NCBI GenBank assembly: GCA_900088475.1
Contig: FLMG01004035.1
Span: 11,660 to 75,659, forward strand
Reading direction: 5' to 3'
Length of the DNA: 64,000 nt
From: Hyphochytrium catenoides
Taxonomy: Eukaryota; Protista; Hyphochytriomycota
Made by a program: the position numbers and the translations under genes. Position 1 is the first letter of the stretch; every line of letters starts with the position of its first letter. Shown in pieces: positions 37,381-49,000 of this stretch. The notes under the pieces are model-generated. The model was not told where the DNA came from. It saw nothing but the letters and a program-made list of their open reading frames with translations, and searched no databases.

Positions 37381-40300
37381 ATGCCAGGCGTTCAGGTCCG
37401 TCCGGCTGATGATTCGCAGCCTCCTGGTGTGGCAAGAGGGAGCGTCTTTGGACCGTCTTTCCCTGGCGGCGGTCACAATGATAGACATGAACCACCCCCC
37501 AGCACCTCGATCGGCCCCCTTGCGAGCCTGCAGGGCGCGGGTAGCCAAGAGGCTGCCACCGGGTCCTTACCAGGGCAACGAGGTTCCGTCCATATCGCCG
37601 GCTATGCTAGGTTTGCGAATATCGCTGACGTGATGTTGAAGAAGGCCAAGGACAAGACGCGCTCTAATAAAGAGCAGTTGGTGAATTTCCAGAAATCTAA
37701 TAGGAAAGTGCTCGTGAAGGACAAAAAGTCATTGCAGAAGCTGTTGTTGAAGATCTGGAGGAGCCCCTTGGTAAAGCGCGCAATCATGGTCCTAAACGTT
37801 GCAATAATCTTCGGCTCTAACCTCATCATGGTTTTGGAGACATGTGATGGACCGAACTACTATGATGAGGCAAATAGGTCGCTCTCTGACTATCCGGAAC
37901 TGTTCACTTCAGAGCAGTACGATCAGCTAGAGATCTTCTTCACCGTTGTCTTCACAACGGAGGTCCTCTTTCGACTGGCGCGCTTCCGTTCATTCAACGC
38001 CTACATCAGCAACTTTCATAACGTGGTGGACTGGATCTCCATTCTTCCTCTATATTTGCAGCTCATCTTCAAGGCGTCTGGGAGCTATGGGGAAGATCCT
38101 ACGAATGAGAATACCTTGATGAGGAACACAGTCACACTTCTAAGAATATTCCGTGTCCTGAAAGTGGGTCGGCACTTCGCGGACATGGAGGTGCTAGTGG
38201 ATGCGCTGTTCCTGTCTTTCAAGCCTCTTATTATTCCGATGGTCTTCTTCGCTGTGGTCGCTCTTATTTTTTCAGTAGCGCTCTTCATGCTGAACCCTTG
38301 TATGGATAAGGACGAGTGCAGTCACTCGTTCACGGACGTCTTCAACGCGTTGTACTTCGTGATCGTCACTATGCTTACGGTCGGCTATGGAGACATCGTC
38401 CCAGGAGCGGAGAATTTCCTAGCGCGCTTTGTGGCCGGCGTAGCAATGGTCTTCGGCTCGTTATACCTTGCCATGCCTCTCGCTGTCATCGGTAACAACT
38501 TCGAGGCGGCGTGGAAGAAGCATATACGCAAGCTTCAAAGACAGAGAGTGAAGGCCGTATCAGAGCGGCTAGTAGCGGGTACTGCAGATATCTCAGAGTT
38601 GAAACTCGAGGAGGATGTGATCATCCGCATAGGGAACAATAGGCTGCTCGAGACATACTTTGACCTCTCATACTACCTTGGAAGATTAGAGGAAACGATT
38701 CGCACTGTCCCAGAGAAGAAGATTGTAAGTAGAAATGAGACTGTCCGTCGACGAGTCCTTTGTAGGCCTTGACTGGTATTCGAATGTCTGCTGATTCATT
38801 GTCTCACTGTTCACCACCTTGTGGATATGGTCGTACGCCGCCGCCTACTTACCACGCCTTCCGTATCTTCCCTGTGCAGGATTCAAACCAGTCCTCAGCC
38901 ATGATGCAGGACATTAAGGCTGCCATCAACAAGGAACTGTCCACCTGCATCAGCTCGCATGAAGCTCTTATGAGAGACGCTAAGATAACATTAGGACCTC
39001 TGCCTGAAGATATCTTCTGCAACCTGGTCCGCTTGATGAGGTTCGCAAAGATCTCCACTAGCAAGTATAAAATTATCCTCGAACGACGAAAAGCGGCCGC
39101 TAACCAGTCAAAGAAGAAGAAGAAGCTGAGGCGGAGCAGTACGGTTCTGGTCATGAAAATGAATGAGAAGCAACAGAAAAGGTGATCGAGACTTTCGCTA
39201 ACTGTTCCATCTTTGAATTTCCATGTGCAATTACTTGCCCATTCCCTGCCATGGGCAAAGTCTATCCTGGATCTGTCCTGTTCGGCTCACACATTTGCGT
39301 GTAGACTGGATAACTCACGCTTGCTATTCTTTCCCTTAACTGTCGTCAACTCCTGCCCATCGTCCCCAGGCTACCGGAGAAGATTTACCTTGCATTGGAG
39401 CTACCACAGTCTTCTCCTTTTGCTATGATGCTCAGTCGTGTTCTCTTATTTGTCAATATCATGAGCGTCATTGTATTCTTCGCCCAGACGATGCCTGAGC
39501 TTCAGAAGTTAGGACCCCAGTCGCCCTTATGTAAGGAGGTTGTTCAGTCTTATTGTCAAGAGCAGACTCGTGCAGACCGTGGTTGTTATACGGTGAGCCT
39601 TGTAACCTTACTATATTCGAATGAGGGCCGCGCGAACTAACAACCCTTGCCTGCTTGGTCCACCATCTCTCCGTCTGTGCTCCCTTGCTTGACTGATCAG
39701 ACGGACAACCAACCTCTCAAGTTTGCTTGTTCTCTCAAAGAAATAACTCCCGACTGTTACGAGGGCGAATCTAACTTTGGCACGAGAATCACAGAGCTCA
39801 GGCCTGACTGTGAGAAGATGTTCCACACCCCTTCTGGGAGATACATATGTGACAGACCCCAGTGCAACTATAAGCATGAGGTAAGTGGCGACGGTGTAGG
39901 GAACATTAGAGGTAACGATGTCTTCCTATCCAGGCTGTCAGGGTAGATGGTGTTTATGCTTGTTTCAAATTTGCCCCCTCACCCTCTCTCCTTCCCCTCC
40001 TTGGCGCTCTCCTGATCCCTCTTCCTTCCTTTGTCTCTTTGATCCTCTGTCTGACCCTTCTGTGCAGCCCATGTATGACGCCTCAGGCTACTGGCAGCCT
40101 CTAGAAATATTCTTTACTACGATCTTCACGCTGGAGCTGATACTTCGGGCGTACGGCTCTCCGACTTGGAAAAACTTCTTTCATGTCTATAACTGCGTGG
40201 ATCTCTTGTCTCTTTCGCCCTCGTACTACCAGTTCATAGCCAGCGCTATCACAGGTAGACGAAAATGACCGACAACTCTTCTATCAGCCTACTAGTACTC

Positions 40301-42497
40301 CTTATATCCCAGTCGATGAGTTTGACGCTCTTAGCGCCGCACTTGCTCCTGCAGTCAGCCGTTCACCGACAGGATCGGCCACAATTCTTTTGCCTTTTAT
40401 TGAACCATTGCTCTGTCCCCCTACGATGGTGTCTGGATTGTTAAGGCAACCGGCCCTTCCGTGCTATAACTCACCTGCTACCAATAGGGGTCCCTATTAT
40501 CTATGAAATATCTAGCTCAGGACTCAGTTGGAATGCCGGTATGAAGCTGCTCAAGTTCTCTCGAGTGGTTCGTCTGCTGAGGGTAAGTACAAAGAGTATG
40601 AGCATCATGTTGAGAACTCGAAGCTGAACCTTGACTGTTTCGTATCTCAGCGGTTTTCAGACTGGGAAATTCTCAGCCGAACCTTTTCAGTGATCTCGGG
40701 CAGGCTCTTTATCCCGGTGAGTTAGTGCCAGAGCTCTAATAAGACGACGGCTCTATGCTTATCTCGCTGTTGGTTTCTTGCTCTGTGATCCTCCGCTGTT
40801 TTGCAGGTCACCTTTCTCTCCATCTTTATCTTTATTGGTGGCTATGTGGAGTTCCAGTTAGAACAGGGTCATGACTGCTTCTACTATGCTGAGAACCCGC
40901 TGTGCTTTGACAGAGCTACGAACCTTACGGTAAGTAGAGAAACAGATAGAGAAGAGGCATTCAGACGCTGTGACAGATTAGCTTAACGGCTTGATCCCTG
41001 AGCCTTATGTGGACCCAATAAGCTGTCCGCGACGCATCTGGATCCTCCACCCCATCTTCGTCTCTCGATTGGCAAACTAATCTTAGCTGCTTGTAGCTAA
41101 CTCCCTGCTAACGCACTCGTAGGCTAACCTCACAGCCCTACTGACGGCTGCCGGGGTCGAGATGGTGGAAGGGCGGCGCTATCTTATTAATATGTTTGGG
41201 AATCCTTCTCTTATTAAGGATGTAGCCATAGGAAGTTGGTTCAGTGCATTCACGTAAGTGGAGAGCAGAGGAGAGAATTGCATGAAAGGGACGGACGGGG
41301 CGACGGGGCTCTTACCCTTCGGAACGAACTCTAGTTTCCCGCATCGAGAGAACGTCTGCTGCTGGTTGTCCTCTGGTACCATTTTTTGCTCCAGCACCCA
41401 GCTCCCCTTTTCCTCGAAGGAGAACTGGCACTTTTCTGTTTTTCATTGTGCAGCTTCTCACATCTCCCCTCTTATTTACATTCTCAGTATGACCACTACT
41501 GGCTATGGCGATGTTTATCCTGTGACTCGGTTTGGTCGATTATTTGCGGTCATCATGATGATTGGAGGCTCAGCGTGGAACTCAATGCCTCTCTCGCTCG
41601 TGGGCGGCGAGTTCTACTCCATCTACTCTGAAAAGGAAAGCCAAAGACGACTGCAGGTAAGTCGGAAGCCCTCTTCTCACTCTTGGTCACCTTTCCGCAG
41701 CCCTTCTAGCCCTGTGAAGCGCTGCGTCAACGTTTGAGGTAACGCTCAGCATTGACTCCTCTGTTGCCCCCATCTCTCTTCTGGCTCCGGTCAAACAGGA
41801 GATGCGCAAAAATAGAAAGAGCCTTTGGTTAGACAACAAGAACACTCGACTGTGGAACCAGTACGCGGAAACGCTAACGCTGCTGCAAACCATGGTCGCA
41901 TTAGTAGAAGGTCTGCCCTCTTCCTCTCTCTCTGACGCAATGGTGTCACCTAGGTCAATGTCCTTCAATACATCGTCATCTACCCTTACCTTTGAGGGTT
42001 CTTGTCTGCCTCAACCGTTATAGCCTATCGATGGCCTTGATAGCTTATTAGCGCTGATCCTATATGTCATGACATTCTGACTTGCTCTGTCCTTTCTTGC
42101 AGAGATCCCGGATCAGAACAAGGCAAAAGGAGGAGGCCCTAAAAAGAAAGCGACAAAAGTGGAGCCCGAGGAGTTGAATGATCCGGACACTGTCTTTTTG
42201 AAGGAGGAGATCCTGAAAAAGCTTCATCATGTACAGGTAGGCAAAAGCAGAGAGAGGAAGGGAACAGACGGCCTAGCGGGAAAGAGGCAAGTTCACACCT
42301 TCAGGGGATAAGGGTGTTCAACATAGTGAACAATATGAGTGAAGAGCGACCGAAGTGAAACGAGTCTGTAAGGGGTCATCATGGCCTCTTTGATTCCTGA
42401 CGTTACCCTCTGTTTGGCCTCTCTTCAGCTCTTGCACATGAAGATTATAAAGATTATGGCCATCGCCAAGCAGGAGGGTATCGTCTCAGACCTTTAA
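37381..42497 (+). CDS. Two-repeat (2x6TM) voltage-gated potassium channel with two GYG selectivity filters
   Basis: Repeat 1: S2 FTTEVLFR, S3 NVVDWISILP, S4 RNTVTLLRIFRVLKVGRH, pore TMLTVGYGD (38377-38394), LAMPLAVIG. Exons 37381-38724, 38880-39181 and 39370 onward join in frame to repeat 2: FTLELILR, NCVDLLSLSP, S4 KLLKFSRVVRLLR, pore MTTTGYGD (41489-41512), NSMPLSLVG. Stop at 42495-42497. Confidence 0.92.
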
Positions 42498-43027
42498 GAC
42501 CCAGCTAGAGCAAAAAAACTGGCGATAGAGAAGGCCAAGGACTGCTCAACCAACGGGACGGCAGGGGCAAGGATAGAGGAGGGATGTCCTCACGTGCTCA
42601 TATCATCATAGAGAAGGAACCAAGGGTGGTGTCCAGTAATGGTTTCTAATAAAGTAATGGAGGTCTTGTGCCATATGTGGCAGTATCAAAGTAGTCCCTC
42701 TCTATCCTATTCCTTCTCTCACAATCTCCTTCTCTCCCTCTCCCATTTCTTACAGATTAAGCTCCTTCTCCCCCTTCTCTCGAGCATCAATAGTGCTGAC
42801 CTAGATCCACTTTCTTTGCCTGAATCCAGGGGACTTTTCTCCGCCATATCCTACTTCTTCGTGGCTCGTTTCTCTTCTACATATCCATTACTAGCTTTGG
42901 CTCTCTTCTTATCGCCAGTGTTCCTATTTATGTATAAAGAGTACAATGTAAGAGATGAGGATCCTCGTGGACGCCATTTTCTATATACATCGGCTTTCTG
43001 AGGCCTACTTCCTTTAGTGGCTAGGAA

Positions 43028-46000
43028 TCACCCCATCTCGTTAAGGTGCAGAAGGACGTCCACTCTATCTGCCAGTTCGCTACATCCTTGGCGTTTACAG
43101 CGCTGCGCAGTAAGTAGCAGGCGCTGTCTCTTTTCCGCCGTAGCGAACTCCTCGGAGCCAAGAGTGAGCTCCATCTCTGTCAAGGCTGCCTCGATGATAA
43201 GACCCCCGGCCTTACTGCTTGCCAGCCCTTTCCTCCACTTCCGTAGTGCCCTTGACTTTCTTCCTGAGAAACATAGAAACAAGAAGCTCAGCACCACGAT
43301 CTCCCACCGTCGCGCCTACATATTCGTCACCTCATTTTGACAATTCTTCACCCTCATCAAAGAATTATTACCTTTTACCATATGGTAGATACCCTTCAGA
43401 CGCTCATAGCAGCCGATGAAGTAAGGATAAACCTTGCAGTATGCACGGAAAAGTGACAGGAACTATACAGATGAAGGCAGAAAGGTCGTCAGGCATCCAT
43501 ACAAGGAACGCTCCGATCACAGATGCGCGGGTAATTAGCAGATGCAGCTTTAGGAGACGATGCAACCCTTGCCAGGAGTGAATGTAAACTTTATCAGATG
43601 GGCTCTGATCTCCAACCACTTCATCTTTCACTTTACCTCCTTGATCCAGTTAATAGCTTCCTTGAGATCCATTTCTTGATCCGAGTCAAGTGCAGGTTCT
43701 ATTACGTCCTGAGGGGAATGACGCCGATACCCTGAAAGCCAACTTGCGCTCTGTGGGGATTCGATTGGTGTAGTCAGGTTTGGCCATATTAGAGAATCAG
43801 TACTTCTGCGCCCGGCATAATCGATCGCTCTCCGCGAAGCTGCCTGTTCCCGTCCACAACCCGCTTCCTTTGCAAGCCAAGGATACCCTAATTTTTGTCT
43901 CAGACTCGGTCTAAGGGTCACTTCCTACCGTTAGCAGGGTTTCCAAAATGTGGATGAAGCCAAAAACAAGAGACAGCGAATAGAGTGAGGGAGGACACAG
44001 AAGTTCCTTCAAAATCCTACGAACTGAGTCATAGCGGGATAGACGTGGGAAGCGAAGGGAAAGCGCGAGCGTTCCCCAGCGGACCTCAGGAATAACCTCT
44101 ACCATCCTGTCAGCAATCTAGACATCAAAGGATTAGGTCAGCATTGATTTCAGCACCGGAAGGAGAAATAAGCCAAGTGTACCAGCTGCAGGCATGTCAT
44201 CTCTGCCGCCGCAGCCTCTCCGATGTCCTTGTAGTATGTTGCGTTCGCCAATCCCAGCTGTCCAATTCCCAGGACTACGATGCAACATCAAAACAGGCTA
44301 AGAGGAGTGACGGGAAAAGCTACATAAACTAAATAAGTCGTAGGAAGCAAGGGTTTAGGGATGATGAGCTACAATCGTGCAGGCAGGCAATGAGTGTAAG
44401 GCTGAAGAGAGGCCGAAAGGCAAAATTAGACAAACCAGTCGCATCATTTCTGATGGAGGCGGAGATAATGGCCTCAAGGTAGCAGGTCCTGCTCTTCTCA
44501 GGGAAGCCCTTCATGCAATTAGCGAGCGAGAGTCACGTTGAGCCCTGACCAAGCCCATCACCCTACTCTTTTGGTGTTGCCCTCCCCATTGCTCTCACCG
44601 TATCTTTTGGTGCTCTCATTCTTTCCATATGTCATCGACATCCCCTCCAACATACCTGTAGCAAGTAAAGACAGCCCAGTTGAAGCTTCATTCTCTCGAC
44701 GTTTTGCAGTTTTCCTTGCGCCTCGTATAGGCTGGTCATACTCAATGCCTCATCAATCAAATCTGTGAAGAGCGCGAGTTATCTTGGGCATTCTCATACC
44801 AATGGAAGTACCTATCGGTTCTGAGCCCAATGGTCTGCCCACATTGACCTGTGTTAGGTTTCCTCCTTATTTGCTCCTCTTCTTTTCACGCTGTCTAGCC
44901 CATGTTAGCATGTACGCTATATTTGGAAACTTACATTGTAGCCCTGAAGTTTCTCCGTCACTCGGGCCTATAAGGAAGTGCTGTTGAAGCTGACACTCGG
45001 CTATATCTATTGGGAGATGCCCGCTTGTTGTTTGGTTCTGTACTCCTTCCTTGGTCGACCCATGGTCGTCTTTGTGTGGCGTCGGTACGTCTGGCACATC
45101 GTTCAAATCGGCATATGATGGAGGAAAATATAAAGCTCGTAGCTTGCGGGCAGTGTCAATGCTCTTTTCTGCGGACTTGTAATCTTTTAGAATGATCGTG
45201 GAAAAGAAGGAGAGAAGAACGTAGCCCTCAGAAAGAACATTGGGGAGGATTAAACCCCTTCCATCTCCTCCTGAAGTATGCTTGACTCGGCCAAGTGCAA
45301 AGACTGTGGCCTGCAGGCCAGCCCTAAACTGTATGTGGACAAACAAGCAAGTGCTTTGATCAGTGGAAGCTATCTTCTTCCATCAGATCGCGTGTGACAA
45401 GGACAAACAACGAGGGTCCTTGGTCAAGAAAATGTAAAAGCAAATTTGTTACCTCTCTCTGCAGACAGAAGATTCTGGCAAGTCCAACAGCACTCTCAAC
45501 GACCAGGGGCTGTGCCCATGACGAAAGGAACGGTTCAGAATAGGAGGGTCTCCGAGCGCAGTAGCTGGGAAAATGTCGAGCCAATTTGGACACCTGTTGT
45601 GGTTAAGATATAAAACTTAAGGGTCAGAAGCCTAGATCGCCAGAAGCGTGCCCAGTACCGAGTGAGCCAATTTGGTGGTGTGCAGGAAACTGGGCTTGTC
45701 TGAAGGAAACACCCCATGGAGACTCCTCTCTACCTCTTCCAGGGTGACAATGGTACCTATGTCTGGAAGTTACTGTGAGTAGATGCTCAAAGGATCGTGT
45801 GCTAAGCAGGGTCAGATTATGGGATGGGTTCTATCTATCTTCTTCTATCTTCGCCCAGACTTATTAGCTCTCACTGTCGTCACCTGCTTCGCATGCATCC
45901 CGCTGCAGGCATCTCTCAGACAAGATCAGCACCCTTACGAAACACACGAAAGCCATATACATCCGGCTCGTTTCGAGGCATGCTCTGCCTTGCCTTAGAG

Positions 46001-49000
46001 ACAGTTCAGCAATCCAGCGATATTTGGAAAGGGACATGATGGACTGCAATGTACGAGAGGGGAACAAGGTTGAGCTCAGGACCTAGTAGCCGTAGGTCAA
46101 GGATTAGGTTACATGACAATGAGGAACAACCGAAACAAGCGGATTAAGAGATCGAAAAGAGAGTTTGCTAGAACAGGAACTACGAACTAAAGAACGCCGG
46201 GAGAAAAATAAGACTCACCTGCGTCGCATGGGAATGTTCCGGCAAGCCTCCCTAGTGATTAGAAGGTGTCGGAGAGAAAGGAAATGAAATGAGACGTCAA
46301 GTGGGGAAAGCATATGTACACATAGAGAATTGCTGCAATATTATAGATTCAGCGAAGGACACTCCTCAGTATGGGCCTTAGCGGCGGAGGAAGAGGTGGA
46401 TGTGACACTTGCCTGTGGTTTTAGGAAAACGGGCTCTCTTGCCAGTGAGGGACAAGCCGATAAAAATAGGCTGCTCTGGCACAAATGATAGTCTACTTGG
46501 GATATTAGCTGCATAGCGCCTGTCCACCCGCTCAGCGTCAGAATTAACCACGTGGACAGAGAGGATAATCAAAGATGACATCACAACGAAGTTTCAGCAG
46601 AAGACAAGAACGACACGCATGTATTGTTACTGTCCAAAGGGGGTTCAGTGAGTAGGGAGAAAGTTGACTTACTTCTATCGCAACATAGGGCCTTCTCTAG
46701 AAAGCGCATAACTTCTGAGGGGAGAGATTTGGACTCGCAAAGCCCAGCCGCTTCTTCGTATGTTTCTCCGGCCAGGTGTTCGACTTTTGCAGCTTTCAAA
46801 TGGAGTCCCACCTTCTCATACAGATCGAGCACTTTGGATAATCGTTCAGTGTTCCCATCTTTGTGCGTGCTTCCCACACCGTCGTCCTTATCGTTCTCTT
46901 GCTGGATGATATTTTTAAGGTACTTTCCCGCCTCGGCATGCCCTTCCTCCCGGATCTGGTGCAGGAGCATGGAGTAGGCGGCCTCTCTTACAAGCTGGTT
47001 TCTAAAGGAAAAGGTTTGGTCTGAACCTAGTGACAAATTTTTATAAAGGGACGACCGGTGTAAGTGGGTGACAAGATAAGAAAGTGTACGAGGTAAGGAA
47101 TCCAGCCACATACCATCCTCATGTTGCAACAGAAAGCCTTTCTCAACTAAAGCAATTAGGTCCAAGTCCAAACTGGCAACAGAAGGGGTATTCCTTTCTG
47201 CGTCCCGCGATTCGGTGTCTGCTTGACAATGACGTTGCCCAGTAAGGCGCAGGAGTAGGTACCTGGCATAACGATATAGAAACTGAATAAGGGGTTCCAG
47301 ATATGTGTCTAATATACAGCAAGTCCTACCTGAGCATGTCTCTCTTGATCTCTGAGACACCTATTATACTGGCTATCTGCCGATCGCAACTTAGTAAGCA
47401 AGCAGCACTCGTTTTCATAGGAACAATCTTTGTTAGAAAGAAAACAGATCTACGCGAACAGTAAGATAGGCAAAGAATAAAAACAAACGCTGAGAGCAAA
47501 GGTTCCTAGGGACCAATACAAAAGCTAGCTGCGCCTCTACCTTCAAGAGGTCCTGTTCGCTGTGCACTAATCGATCTATTCGACTGGCAAGGATGCCTTG
47601 AATACTATCTGGCAGAGGTAGCGACGAGAGGTTTTCTTTCAAGTCGACCTGGAGATCCTCGCCTTCATACACAAGGGGTTCATCGTCCACTGAGCATTCC
47701 ATTCCTCTTTTAGCCCTTCTAGAGACAGAGAGAACATTCGAGTCCTGCAGTGCTCTTAGGAGTTCTTCTACGTACTGGGGGTTGCCCTCCGTTCTGCTGA
47801 ATATAAGCTCCTGAAGAGGCGCGGGGATAGCTGTGGGCACCAACAGAACGACAGATTAAGCGCAGATCAAAGGACGCAGAGCATATATATCTGGAGGATG
47901 ATAGCGCTTATCACAAAAAGGACTAAGATAGAGTTTGCAAGAAAGTTGTGGGACAGACGAGGTGTAAAGGGCGATTGTAACGTAACGAGAGAACTCCTGA
48001 GGGCGTTAGTCTGTCAAGTTGTCGCGCACCATCTGCTGTGACGTTCAGTAAGTTTGCAATGAGCTCGGTTGTCTCTTCCAAGTTTAGAGCCTTGAGCTCC
48101 AGGTGTAATAACGGTTGGGACGCATGCAGCTTCGCCAGCTCTGGCTCAAAAACCAGTTTCCTGTGAGCATTAAGGAACATCAAGGGGGAGAGTGCACGAA
48201 GATATCAAAGGGATATCCCACGACTGATGCTAAATAGTACCAGATAGAGACAAAGACCACAGGAGAGGTTCAGATAATATGGGGCCTATGGAGTAAGCTC
48301 TTGTTACCTGAATGGAGACTGATCTGATGCCTCCAAGGGCCGGCTGGATAGCAGGAGTAGAAGTTGCCCGCTGCCCACTTGGACCCAGCGGGTTATTTGC
48401 TGCGGTCAGGCCGTACTAGATTCAGACGACCTCATCTTCTCTGAATGGGTGCCGTGTTTTTCTCTATATCGTTAGATCTCCTTTCTGGTGTTACCCCATT
48501 CTTTACAGGCCTGTTGCTGCCCACCTGTGCATAACCCACGCCAAATTTCTATACTTTACGACTGTCTGACCTGTACTAGACTCCAAGACTCATGGTCCAT
48601 CCACTGCAAATCTTCTATGACAAGCAGCATCCCTTGCTCCTCTTTGCTCAACGTCTGCATGAGATTCAGCACCAAATCGCGGAGAAGTCTAGCTAGGGCA
48701 GCCTTCCTATCAGTAGAGATGGTGGTCAAGCGATAGCCGGTCCTGCCTCTTTTCACAGTTCAATTTTGTTGCCAGTGTCGTTCTGCCTCGGAAATTGGCA
48801 TGCTAGTCCTCCTACATAGCTCTCCCCTCATTAACACCACAAAAGCACCTCACCGCTCCTATATGCCTATTGATGCTTACCTGGCCTCTCCAAAGAAGTT
48901 GCATTCCACAACATCTATGCCTGCTGCCTGTAGACACCCTGCACCGTGCATGAATGATATCAGGGTAGTTATTCCACCAGACCTAAATCCTGTCAACCCC

